Shown in pieces: positions 27,679 to 37,586 of a DNA stretch of 59,063 nucleotides (position 1 is the first letter of the stretch; every line of letters begins with the position of its first letter). The position numbers were made by a program, and so were the translations under genes. Below the pieces are notes generated by a model, which was given only the letters and a program-made list of their open reading frames with translations, was not told the origin of the DNA and did no database searches. The DNA lies in the IMG/VR virus record IMGVR_UViG_3300032013_000003, positions 1 to 59,063 of that record; one strand, given 5' to 3'. The stretch comes from a virus (taxonomy: Duplodnaviria > Caudoviricetes).

Positions 27679-28088
27679 TCCCCGCCTACCTCACAACCGG
27701 CGTGACCTTAGTCCACACCGAGCAACCCTCTACGTGGCACGCACTCCGCGCTGCGTACCCGGGCGGGCGAATCGTCACGACCTGCGTGCTCGAGCTGCCG
27801 TACGCGCGGCTCAACGTCATGGTCGTGCGTCCTGGTGAGCGCGTGCCGTCGAACATCTGCGGCGCTTGCAGGAGGCACGTGGAGATCGCGATGCACGGGG
27901 CGTGCGTCCCGGTCGAGGCGGTTGCGGTCCAGCGGGTGAACACGCCGAACCTGCGTGGCGCGAGGATCCGGGCAGCGACGTTGACGGGCGTGGCGGCGAG
28001 GGTGAGCACGGCCGAGGTGGAGTGGACGGAGGGCGGGATTCCGGAGGTGGCGATCAGTGACCTCAGCTCGAGGAGTTACGTGAGATGA
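27675..28088 (+). CDS. Hypothetical protein
   Basis: Coupled ORF. Confidence 0.4.
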   Translation: MIPAYLTTGVTLVHTEQPSTWHALRAAYPGGRIVTTCVLELPYARLNVMVVRPGERVPSNICGACRRHVEIAMHGACVPVEAVAVQRVNTPNLRGARIRAATLTGVAARVSTAEVEWTEGGIPEVAISDLSSRSYVR

Positions 28089-28263
28089 GTAGTCCGATTC
28101 CGGTTGCGCACAGCTGGACCATATACACAAGAGGTCTCGCGTACGTCGCCCGGCACCGCTGGATGTGCTCGTGTCGTCGGTGCGGCACGTGGCAGAAGAA
28201 AGTTCGCTCTGCCCGCAACGGCGGCGCGAGGCACGTGGCGGCGATGGAGAAGAAGTAGTCGCG

Positions 28264-29126
<863 letters not shown>

Positions 29127-29130
<4 letters not shown>

Positions 29131-29618
29131 CCGACGAACAAGACCCCGAAGTCCTCGCCGACCTGCGACTCCGCGCCTCGTCGATGCACGACCGCACTCG
29201 AGCCCGACCGACCAAGAGCGCATGGTCACCGCCGGCGATCGTTGACCGGTGGCCGTGCAAGACGGGCTGCGGCGCGATGGTCGACGTCCCGATCGACGCA
29301 GTGCAGGCGCTCGACGTGTTCAACGCGCAGCTCAAGCGGCAGCGCGAGAAGCCGATCGCCCCGAGCCAAGTCATGGTCTGCGACAAGTGCAAGGCGACGC
29401 TACTCGAGCAGGAAGCCGAGGAGAAGCGAACGCGAGCGGAGCGGGTCTCGTTCCACGTCGCAGCGCTCGGCGCATCGAAAGGCATCCCGACCGAGGAGCA
29501 CGGCATCCTCGAGCAGCTCAAGCGTTGGGGCCACCCGGACCCCGAGGGGCTGGCGAAGGCAATCGCAGAGCGACGCGCGGCCGAGCGCGGAAGCAACAAA
29601 CCACGCAGAGGAATCTGA
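29127..29618 (+). CDS. Zn-binding protein following the initiator (possible helicase loader)
   Basis: CxxxC...CxxC; lambda P position. Confidence 0.45.
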
Positions 29619-29842
29619 TGCACCAGTCGTTCGATGAAATCACCAACCGCCGCGACTCGCGCGGTCGATCCCGCTGCAGGTGGACAACGCGATCGCGCGT
29701 CGCCTGCCGCTACGCCTTCCTGTTCGGCACGACGCTGACCGAAGCGGCTGACGCGATGGGCGTGAAGGTCGCGTCTGTCTCCGAGGCGTGGAGATCGCTT
29801 TACCCGGGAGTCTCAGCGTTCCGGAGACGGAGGGCCGCGTGA
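29618..29842 (+). CDS. Small HTH protein
   Basis: TLTEAADAMGVKVASVSEAW. Confidence 0.55.
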   Translation: MHQSFDEITNRRDSRGRSRCRWTTRSRVACRYAFLFGTTLTEAADAMGVKVASVSEAWRSLYPGVSAFRRRRAA

Positions 29843-30405
29843 GGAAGAAGCAGACCCGTAAATCTATCTCGTACAGCCGTGAGCTCTACCTGCGCGCCTC
29901 GGAATTCGCCGCTAGCAAGGGCGTCTCGATGTCGCAACTCGCCGCCCGAGGTCTCCGTGCGGTGCTCGACGGTGAGGTCGAGATCGGTACTCTCCCATCA
30001 CCGGACGAGGTCCAGCGCGCGACCGTGGAGGCTCGCGCGGTATTGACCTTGGCTGAAGTCGAGGCGCGCTGCGCCGCACGCGACCTCGAGCGCAAGGCCA
30101 TCGCGGAGCGTGCGCGTCTCCTGCGAGAACGTCAGACCGCAGCGAAGGCCGTGCCCTGGACACCGGTCCGACTTGCCCCGACCCCGCGCGATGTCAAGCC
30201 GGTCTGTGCGCTCTGCGTCGAGCCGATCGCCGGCGATCCGATCCTGGCGCCGCTCGGTCGTGACGGCGCGATCGTCAAGGTCTGCATGGATTGCGAGACG
30301 ACGACACCGAAGGAGCGCGATCACCTGTTCGGCGCGCGCAGCCACGGGATCGGCAGCGACGGCGTTGGCGAGGGCAACCGTCGCGTGGGCAGGGTGGCGC
30401 GATGA
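29839..30405 (+). CDS. RHH plus zinc-finger protein
   Basis: RKSISYSRELYLRASEFAASKGVSMSQL; CxxC...CxxC. Confidence 0.55.
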   Translation: MRKKQTRKSISYSRELYLRASEFAASKGVSMSQLAARGLRAVLDGEVEIGTLPSPDEVQRATVEARAVLTLAEVEARCAARDLERKAIAERARLLRERQTAAKAVPWTPVRLAPTPRDVKPVCALCVEPIAGDPILAPLGRDGAIVKVCMDCETTTPKERDHLFGARSHGIGSDGVGEGNRRVGRVAR

Positions 30406-30677
30406 AGTCACAGTGGCTCGACGGGACCGGGATCCTGTGTCCGAAGTGCGGCTGCGACACCGAGGTGCTCGAGACGCGGCGCAACGTGAAGTCGCTGCGC
30501 CGTCGCCGTAAGTGCGTCAACGCGGCGTGCGACGGTCGGGTGACCACGGTGGAGATCATCGTCTCGGACGCGCGCGTGAAGGGTCGGCACACGAACGACC
30601 TTGTGCTCATGCCGCGCGCTCAGGTCGCGAAACTGGTCGAGTTCGTGCGTGACCTCGATATTGCGGAGGACGCATGA
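30402..30677 (+). CDS. NrdR-N/Ogr-like zinc-ribbon regulator
   Basis: CPKC...VLETR...RRRRKC...C..RVTTVE. Confidence 0.7.
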   Translation: MKSQWLDGTGILCPKCGCDTEVLETRRNVKSLRRRRKCVNAACDGRVTTVEIIVSDARVKGRHTNDLVLMPRAQVAKLVEFVRDLDIAEDA

Positions 30678-30823
30678 AGACTCCCCGCAGCGACATCGTC
30701 ACCGACGCGTTCTGCGCCGGCAAGACGATCGCAGAACTGGCGCTCGCGTACTGGGCGAGCCCAGCCGTTATCGAGTCAGCGATTCGGCGGCAACTGAACA
30801 GGGAGAGGAGCCGGAAGCGATGA
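30674..30823 (+). CDS. Small HTH-like protein
   Basis: GKTIAELALAY...IESAIR. Confidence 0.45.
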   Translation: MKTPRSDIVTDAFCAGKTIAELALAYWASPAVIESAIRRQLNRERSRKR

Positions 30824-31147
30824 TCGCCCGCACCGAGAACTACGGCCACGGCTGGCGCGTCCTGCTCGACCTGGGCGGCGAGGAGTGGGTGTTCACGGTC
30901 GAGAGGGCTGTCGCGTTGCGGAACGCGTTGACCGCGGCGATCGACGAGGCCGCAGCGAAGTCCTGCCTCGAGCAGGCGGAGGAGAAGCGATGAGCGACTC
31001 GATCAAGAGACCACCGGGATGTCTGTGTCACTGGGAGGTTGGCGACTCGTCATGCCCGGTGCATCCGCCTGATGCCGCCGAGCTGGCGTACGCGAGGAGC
31101 ATCGGGGCCCCGTATCGGCTGAACGACGTGGCTAGGAAGGCGAAGCC

Positions 31148-31402
31148 ATGAAGCCCCGCTACTCCAAGCGCACCGTCGACGAGGCAGTGCAGTTGCTCGA
31201 TGTGTATGCCAGTCAGATGGCGACGAACTATTGGCATGAGACGCTCGCGCATACCGCTGACCGCGTTGGCACGGCCTTCGATGCATGGGATCTGGCGTTC
31301 AAGTCCTGGCTGTCGGTGCATGACATGTCGCTGAACAGCGAAGGGTGCAGGGACAGCGGCGCAGAAGCCGCACAGCGACTGCGCGAAGGGTGGCGACCGT
31401 GA
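31148..31402 (+). CDS. Hypothetical protein (paralog of 20756..21022)
   Basis: MKPRYSKR...AEAAQRLREGWRP. Confidence 0.65.
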   Translation: MKPRYSKRTVDEAVQLLDVYASQMATNYWHETLAHTADRVGTAFDAWDLAFKSWLSVHDMSLNSEGCRDSGAEAAQRLREGWRP

Positions 31403-31671
31403 AGGCAAACGATATGGTATGGGTACTGATGGAGGTGCGGGCGGCCGAGATCGCGGAGGGCGCGTTCTGCGGCCGTCGGGGCAGACCTGTCCTCGGCGGC
31501 GACATCCTCGGTCAGATGTCCGACGACGAGTTGGACGGGTGGACGCGAGCGGATCGCGACTCTGCTCCAATCCACAACCCAGAGCACCAGACGTACTGTG
31601 CGTGGCCGATCGGCTGGGTGAAGTCACGGCTCGCCGGGTGGATGGCCTACCAGATCGCGAGCACGCCATGA
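31399..31671 (+). CDS. Hypothetical protein
   Basis: EVRAAEIA motif. Confidence 0.5.
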   Translation: MKANDMVWVLMEVRAAEIAEGAFCGRRGRPVLGGDILGQMSDDELDGWTRADRDSAPIHNPEHQTYCAWPIGWVKSRLAGWMAYQIASTP

Positions 31672-31883
31672 CCCCCGGAGAACGCTCACTCTGGCTCGCC
31701 GTGTACGCCGCGAGCTGGCACGTCTCGACAGGTCGGCCGCACCTCGGGCACTTCACGGATGAGGACCGGGCGAGGTGGTGCGCGCAACAGGCGAGCAAGG
31801 CGCTTGAGGCGCTCCGACGGGCGGTGAGCAGTGACTCGACCGGCGAGCTCGACGCGAGGGCGATGCGCGAGGTGCTCGAGTGA
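31668..31883 (+). CDS. Hypothetical protein
   Basis: Coupled ORF. Confidence 0.5.
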   Translation: MTPGERSLWLAVYAASWHVSTGRPHLGHFTDEDRARWCAQQASKALEALRRAVSSDSTGELDARAMREVLE

Positions 31884-32296
31884 TCGCCTGTCCGAAGTGC
31901 GGCTTTTCCCCTGACGCCGAGGTTACCGCGCGCTGGGCGTTTCGGCTGGACAAGCGCATCGAGTCGGCGAACCTGTACACGGTGAACAAGGGCAACTCGA
32001 GGTGGCGCTACTCGAAGGTGCGTGACGAGTGGCAGTGGCTGGTCAAGAAGGCGCGGATCGAGTCGCGGCTGACCACGGCCAGGGCGAACGCGTTGAGGCG
32101 AGTCACGATCACGCGCCACTACGCCGGACGGTGCCAGGCGATCGACCGCGACAACCTCGGCGTGAAGCCGCTGGTCGATGCGCTGGTGCGCGAGGGCGTG
32201 ATCCACGATGACGCGCCCGCGTGGCTGGAACTGCACGTGATGCAGGAACGGTGGGACAGCAACGAAACGTGCATCGTAGTGGAGGAGTTGGCATGA
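31880..32296 (+). CDS. RusA-like Holliday junction resolvase
   Basis: DRDNLGVKPLVDALVREGVIHDD matches RusA DxDN..K...D.L...DD. Confidence 0.8.
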   Translation: MIACPKCGFSPDAEVTARWAFRLDKRIESANLYTVNKGNSRWRYSKVRDEWQWLVKKARIESRLTTARANALRRVTITRHYAGRCQAIDRDNLGVKPLVDALVREGVIHDDAPAWLELHVMQERWDSNETCIVVEELA

Positions 32297-32601
32297 GCGA
32301 GACGATCAAACTGGGCGAACTCGAGGCGTTGGTGTCGGCGATGACCGAGGCGGAGCAGTACAAGTCGCTGCCCTCGTGGAACAACGGCGGCATGCCACTC
32401 GCTGACTTCGCGATCCCCGGCCACAACGAAGGCCTGACGGTGGAGATGCTCGCGGTCGACGCAGATGGGATCGTGGCGCTACGGCGCGCAGCCGAGACGC
32501 TCGTCGCGATCGCAAAGTCTGCGTACGCCTGGAAACACTCCGAGTGGGAGCACGGCGAATTGGCCGCGTTGCTCGATGCCATCGACGGTGTCGAGCCATG
32601 A
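32293..32601 (+). CDS. Hypothetical protein
   Basis: GGAGG RBS. Confidence 0.5.
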   Translation: MSETIKLGELEALVSAMTEAEQYKSLPSWNNGGMPLADFAIPGHNEGLTVEMLAVDADGIVALRRAAETLVAIAKSAYAWKHSEWEHGELAALLDAIDGVEP

Positions 32602-33094
32602 CCGACTTATCCGTCCGCTTCGGCACCGACCCGCGCTGGACGACCTGGCGGGGCTGGCCGCCGGCGATCGTGATGCGCGCCTGGGCCGTGACCGAGCGGG
32701 CGAGGCAGATCGGGTTCGTGCCGTGAGGTGTCTAGAGTGCACGCCGGCTGCGCAGTGCCCGCCATGCTCGGAGCGGACAACGAAGCCCGCCGACGACCTC
32801 CAGTCGGCCCTACGGGCCCTCGTGGACGTCGTGGACCGGATCGGCGGCTATATGACGCCCGAGGACCAGCGCGTGCTGTGGAGGGCGCGGGTGCTGGCGA
32901 GGGGCGGGAGGTGAGGACTTGGAGCGAGGCGATTGCCGAGCGTTCGGAGCCTGCGCCATGACGCTTGATGAGTTAGCTACGCTGGTCAGGTTGTTCGGCG
33001 ATCGCGTGCGGATCGGTCCGGGCGGCGAGGTGACGATCGAGCGAGAGCCACCGCGCCAGTATGCCGTGGACACGAAGAAGGGCAGGACGACGAA

Positions 33095-33529
33095 GTGGAC
33101 GAACCGCTGACACCGCGACAGCTGCGCCGGCTCGTTGCTCAGGTCGACGCCGAGGATCGCCGGAATCGACACGCTGACACTGGAGTCGACGAGACCAAGC
33201 TGACGCCGACCGAGCAGGCCTTCTGCGCGCTGGCCGCGAGTCGTGGGCGGCGCGTCATCCGCAACGGGTGGCCGGACTTCCTCGTAGAGGACCCGAAGAC
33301 TGGCAAGATGATCGCGGTCGAAGTGAAGTCGAACGTTGACGCGCTACGTCCGGAGCAACGCAGGATGTTCGCGGCGCTCGAGCGACTCGGGATCCGCGTG
33401 TTTGTGTGGAGACCAAAGAGCCCGAGGAGTCTCTCGCCTTGGAGTAGCAAGAAGCTCAGGAAGCCCCGAGAAGATCGCGAGCAGGGGGCGAGGCTTCCTG
33501 CTGTGCGTAGGATGAGACCTATCCGTTAG
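33095..33529 (+). CDS. VRR-NUC (PD-(D/E)xK) nuclease
   Basis: GWPDFL...VEVKS...LRPEQ. Confidence 0.8.
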   Translation: MDEPLTPRQLRRLVAQVDAEDRRNRHADTGVDETKLTPTEQAFCALAASRGRRVIRNGWPDFLVEDPKTGKMIAVEVKSNVDALRPEQRRMFAALERLGIRVFVWRPKSPRSLSPWSSKKLRKPREDREQGARLPAVRRMRPIR

Positions 33530-33743
33530 TGCGCACACATTCGGCGCGTCACCAATGACGTGGCTTACGCTGGAAGAATAAATCGACGTCATGGCCGAAA
33601 GTATCGGAGTGACAGTACCATGGTTCGACTAGTTGAGACTATGACACAAATGTCCGTATGGTCACGTATGGTCATTTCGTGTAGAACCAACTCGACCATG
33701 CGCTTCCGGTGTCTTGCAACGCCGTACCCCGGGCAGAAGTAGC
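33530..33743. promoter_or_regulatory. AT-richer intergenic region at early/late boundary (late promoter or pac candidate)
   Basis: Tandem CGTATGGTCA x2 at 33655-33674 and related ATGGT/ACCAT motifs. Confidence 0.45.
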
Positions 33744-34154
33744 GTGGGTCGCCCGCGCGCTCAGTTCCCGGCCCTCGTCGACGTCAACATCGACGGCATC
33801 GTCATCGGCTCGCATGCGCTGACGAAGAACGTCGAGCGTCTCGAGCGCATCCTGAACGTCGTCGGCCGGCGCCTCGCGCACTGGCTCAAGTCGACCGCGG
33901 ACACGCAGCCGCTCCCACCCGAGGAGTGGACCGAGAATTTCAAGTTCTACTCGAGCGCGCTGACCAACCTGCTCAAGGAGCAACGCGAGCGCTACCGCCT
34001 GACGCAGCACGATCAGGCCACGCCCGAACAGCTGCAGGCCCAGTTCCGCGAGGAGCTGCAGCGAGCTCTGCAGTCCTTCACGCCGCAAGAGCGTGCGTTC
34101 ACCCTGGCACTCTGGGATGCGAGCGCGACTACCACAACGGAGACGCCACAGTGA
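33744..34154 (+). CDS. Possible terminase small subunit
   Basis: First late ORF, helical, GRP N-terminus; position only. Confidence 0.35.
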   Translation: MGRPRAQFPALVDVNIDGIVIGSHALTKNVERLERILNVVGRRLAHWLKSTADTQPLPPEEWTENFKFYSSALTNLLKEQRERYRLTQHDQATPEQLQAQFREELQRALQSFTPQERAFTLALWDASATTTTETPQ

Positions 34155-34375
34155 AAGAGGCAGACTTCGAGAAGTACACCGAGGACCGCGACGTGCTGGA
34201 GCCGTTTGTGCGTCGCACGCTCGCTCGTGTTCGAGAGCGGCATCCCAGCGTCACACTCGAAGACATCACAGTGGTCATCGAGGTCAAAACGCCCAGCCCG
34301 AACGTCGGGCTCGACGCCAAGCTGCGGTTCGCGCGCTTGCTGTCCGACATGGACCGAGAGGGTGTTGTCTTGTGA
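34151..34375 (+). CDS. Hypothetical protein
   Basis: GTGA-coupled. Confidence 0.5.
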   Translation: MKEADFEKYTEDRDVLEPFVRRTLARVRERHPSVTLEDITVVIEVKTPSPNVGLDAKLRFARLLSDMDREGVVL

Positions 34376-34629
34376 TCAGTCCCAAGCGCGCCGTCGAGCG
34401 CTGCGAACGCCTCGCTGCCCTCGGTCCGCCACCGCCACAGCGCCACAACCGCAAGTTGAAGCGCTGGCTCGACGCGTTCTCGTCGATCATGGTGAGCGAG
34501 ATGAGCGAGATGAGCGAGATGAGCGAGATACTGCGTGCGGTCTACACGCCAGGCAGCATCGAGGACCTGGCGCATCGCCCGATGCCGTGGGTCTACGGGC
34601 TGATCCGCAAGGAGTCGAAGGATGCCTGA
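34372..34629 (+). CDS. Small protein resembling the major capsid N-terminal arm
   Basis: ILRAVYTPGSI...LIRKE vs MCP FLKDVYTTEKI...FMSKE; internal (TGAGCGAGA)4. Confidence 0.55.
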   Translation: MISPKRAVERCERLAALGPPPPQRHNRKLKRWLDAFSSIMVSEMSEMSEMSEILRAVYTPGSIEDLAHRPMPWVYGLIRKESKDA

Positions 34630-34999
34630 CCATCGCCCACACCCGCGCCTGCGCTGGCACACCGAGGACGTCACGCGCGAGCCGATCTTCGTCGTGCCAG
34701 GCGCGTCGGTCGGCTCGTCATCCGTCGTTCCGCGCGGCAAGACCTGGGGCATCCGCGAGCGCGGCGACACGGGCAAGCTGGTGCCGCACAGCTACCGATG
34801 CCCGGTGCACGGGGTGTTCGATCTGCGCGTGCCGGTGAGCGACGTGCCGGATGAGGTGGCGTGCACGGCTGAACTCATGGACGTGCCGCTGGACGTTGCG
34901 CTCGTCGCGTTCCACCCTGGGAATTACTGCGGCTACATGTCGCCCTGGGCCGGCGCGACCTGCGCGATCGGCGTGGAGTCCGGGATGGTGAACGGGTGA
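34622..34999 (+). CDS. FmdB-like zinc-ribbon protein
   Basis: YRCPVHGVFD...C...C. Confidence 0.5.
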   Translation: MPDHRPHPRLRWHTEDVTREPIFVVPGASVGSSSVVPRGKTWGIRERGDTGKLVPHSYRCPVHGVFDLRVPVSDVPDEVACTAELMDVPLDVALVAFHPGNYCGYMSPWAGATCAIGVESGMVNG

Positions 35000-35181
35000 G
35001 CGTCGTGCACCTGTACAGCAACGAGGGATACGACGAGAGCGAAGTGTGGTGCGGCGAAGTCGCGTACTATCGCGATGGCACGCCCGCGCGAGAGCCTCAC
35101 AAGGCCACGTGCAAGCACTGCCTGTCCGAGGCTGCGATCTACGGTGAGGCAGCGATGGTGCGACTGAAGGAGCTGCAGTGA
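34996..35181 (+). CDS. Small Cys protein
   Basis: VH...WCG...ATCKHCL. Confidence 0.5.
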   Translation: MSVVHLYSNEGYDESEVWCGEVAYYRDGTPAREPHKATCKHCLSEAAIYGEAAMVRLKELQ

Positions 35182-35447
35182 CCGCCTTCGACTTCGCCGG
35201 TGCACCTCGCTCCTTCTCTCGTGGCAAGCGCGTCACCCTCGACGGTGCATTCTGGGCAGAAGGATGCATCGGCGCCGGGATGCTCGGCCTTCCGGCGGTT
35301 CCCGTGCATCGCCTCGGGCTCGACTGGCCGCGCTGCTTCCATTCGCTCGGCGTGGCGCTCGGGCGGCATGAGGTGCGACGGCTCGAGCTGAACGTCGCGC
35401 AGCAGGCGTGGATGCAGAGCCCGATCGCGCGGAGACAGGCGCCGTGA
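35178..35447 (+). CDS. Hypothetical protein
   Basis: Coupled ORF. Confidence 0.45.
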   Translation: MTAFDFAGAPRSFSRGKRVTLDGAFWAEGCIGAGMLGLPAVPVHRLGLDWPRCFHSLGVALGRHEVRRLELNVAQQAWMQSPIARRQAP

Positions 35448-35755
35448 AGCACTCCCCCGACTGCGCACTCGTCCTCTACGCCAGCATCGACCCAGCGACG
35501 CTCAAGCGCCCGCTCGAGTGCGACGGCGTGGAGTGCGACGGCGCGCACGCGATGCCCGATGCTCCCGAGGAAGCGCCGACCGAGGACGATGCACCCTCGA
35601 ACGTGCGCCCGATTCGCTCAGGCAATGACGTCGTGCTCACGGGCGATGCAGCACGCGCCTACCGACAGCTGCAGAAGGCCGAGCAGGCGCTGCGGGGCGC
35701 GCAACGAAGCAAGGACGAGGCGCTGAGGGCGTTTCTCGAGGCGGTGACGAGGTGA
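35444..35755 (+). CDS. Hypothetical protein
   Basis: Coupled ORF. Confidence 0.5.
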   Translation: MKHSPDCALVLYASIDPATLKRPLECDGVECDGAHAMPDAPEEAPTEDDAPSNVRPIRSGNDVVLTGDAARAYRQLQKAEQALRGAQRSKDEALRAFLEAVTR

Positions 35756-35891
35756 AGTTCACCTTCACGCGAGCCGAACTCGAGGAGAGTCGCTTCTCGT
35801 GGCGCTGGATCACGTGGTGCCGCGAGTGGGGGTACATCGGCGCGGCATTCGCCGAACTGGATCGCCTGGAGCGTGCGCTGTGGGAGCGGTC

Positions 35892-36461
35892 ATGATCGCC
35901 GCTGCCGAGACGAACCACGTCGCCCTCGAGCGCATCGGTGGCGCACCGCTTTCCCTTCGCATCCGCCACGCGCATCGCGACGACCCGGGCGAGATGGCCT
36001 ACATCCGATCATCGTTCGGCGAGGGCTACAAGCAGAGCAGCAACCGCCTGTTCAAGATGCCATGGCCCGACTTCAAGCGCCTCGAGCGGCCCCGACTGGA
36101 CGCTGTGCTCGGTCGGGCTGACACGCAGCTGCTCGTCGCGGACCTCGACGGTGCGGTCGCAGGCTGGCTCGCGTGGTGCCCCGGGCGCCGCGTCGACACC
36201 GTGCACTGGACGCACACGCGGCTGCGGATCCACGAGGACAACTGCGCCACACGCGCGGACCGACGAGCGAAGTGCGACTGTGACGCTGAGGACCTGCGCA
36301 AGCGTCGGGTCATGACGACCCTGGTGAACGCGGCGCAGCTCAAGAATCGACTGGTCTACACGCATCGCGGGGCACGTCGCTCCGATGAGTGGATCGTGCC
36401 GTGGCTCGCAAGGCGCGGCGTAACCGCGGCATTTTTGTCGCTACGTGAATGGGAGACCTGA
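35892..36461 (+). CDS. GNAT-family acetyltransferase-like protein
   Basis: LLVADLDGAVAGWL strand pattern; motif A-like LRKRRVMTTL after a Cys/His insertion. Confidence 0.6.
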   Translation: MIAAAETNHVALERIGGAPLSLRIRHAHRDDPGEMAYIRSSFGEGYKQSSNRLFKMPWPDFKRLERPRLDAVLGRADTQLLVADLDGAVAGWLAWCPGRRVDTVHWTHTRLRIHEDNCATRADRRAKCDCDAEDLRKRRVMTTLVNAAQLKNRLVYTHRGARRSDEWIVPWLARRGVTAAFLSLREWET

Positions 36462-37003
36462 TGAACTCCGAGATCGACATCACCGAGAGGTTTGCCGAGG
36501 TAGCCGATGGCCCATGGTATGAGTGGGACCCGCGCGTCACGGCCGCAATCGAACCGCACATTCCGAGCGACCGGGACCTGACGCAGCGATTCCGCGCCCG
36601 ACTCGAGAAGCAGGCGCCCGGGACCGAGTGCACCGCGAGCAAGTCTGCCAGCGCGCGCTACACCGTGGTCGACAACGTGAACTACGAGCGCAGCAAGCGC
36701 TACCTGCGCGTGCGCATCGGCACGGAGCACGTCTTCGCAGCGACGCGACTCTCTGACGTCGTTCGTCGTGCGTACTTCGATGCGGCTGACCTGCTCGCCG
36801 ACACGATCGCACTGCAGGTCCACGCCATGCGCCGAGAGCACGGGAGGGTGGTGGTCAGCTGGCTGCCGTCCGGGTTGATGCATCAGAAGACCGGCGACGA
36901 GCGCCTCCGCATCGCCACCGATCCATACACCGACACGGCCGTCGCGCTGATCGCGGCCTACTACGTCGTCGCGCCGGTCAGCAAGGAAGGGTTCGCACCG
37001 TGA
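36461..37003 (+). CDS. Protein containing major-capsid-like segments
   Basis: RSKRYLRVRIGTEHVFAATRLSD vs MCP 84-106 RKTQYQRIVVNHELLFATARKSD (9/23 identical, ungapped). Confidence 0.6.
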   Translation: MNSEIDITERFAEVADGPWYEWDPRVTAAIEPHIPSDRDLTQRFRARLEKQAPGTECTASKSASARYTVVDNVNYERSKRYLRVRIGTEHVFAATRLSDVVRRAYFDAADLLADTIALQVHAMRREHGRVVVSWLPSGLMHQKTGDERLRIATDPYTDTAVALIAAYYVVAPVSKEGFAP

Positions 37004-37239
37004 ACGCCGAGATCGGAATCGACGGCGAAGGCCGCGCCTACGTGCTGCTCAGCAAGCTGACGCCGACCGAGCAGGACCTCATGAAGTACCTGCGCGCGTT
37101 CCTGCCGCTGAAGTACTACGAGTTCGACGCCGAAGCGCGCATCGTCGGCGATCGCCTGCCTGGCTCAGGGCGCGACGTTGTCTACCAGGAGCCGGGCAAG
37201 TCGGACGGGGTGAGCGTCGGCAAGAAGGATCAGGCATGA
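37000..37239 (+). CDS. Hypothetical protein
   Basis: Coupled ORF. Confidence 0.5.
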   Translation: MNAEIGIDGEGRAYVLLSKLTPTEQDLMKYLRAFLPLKYYEFDAEARIVGDRLPGSGRDVVYQEPGKSDGVSVGKKDQA

Positions 37240-37586
37240 AACTCCTTTCCATCAAGCTGCCCGACCTGCCCATCCTCGGCAGCCAATCGCACTTCTACTG
37301 CGACAAGCCCAACGCGCCGCTCAAGGGCTGGTCGGTGCACGTCCGCGGGCCCGTGGTGTTCCTCGTCTCGCCGCCCGGCTGGATGCCCGGTGAACCGTCG
37401 GCCCGGTTCGATCCGAAGGGCCCGCGCCGCATGGTCGGCCCGCTGCGTGACTGCGTGCTGTTCTGGGAAGGCGGCGACGTGGACGCGGCGCAGAAGTACG
37501 ACGGTGAGCCGATGGGCATGCCGGTCGAGGTGCTGAGCGACGAGGAGATGGAGCGGGCGACGGCGCCGAAGAGGGTGGCGAAGTGA
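37236..37586 (+). CDS. Hypothetical protein
   Basis: Coupled ORF. Confidence 0.55.
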   Translation: MKLLSIKLPDLPILGSQSHFYCDKPNAPLKGWSVHVRGPVVFLVSPPGWMPGEPSARFDPKGPRRMVGPLRDCVLFWEGGDVDAAQKYDGEPMGMPVEVLSDEEMERATAPKRVAK

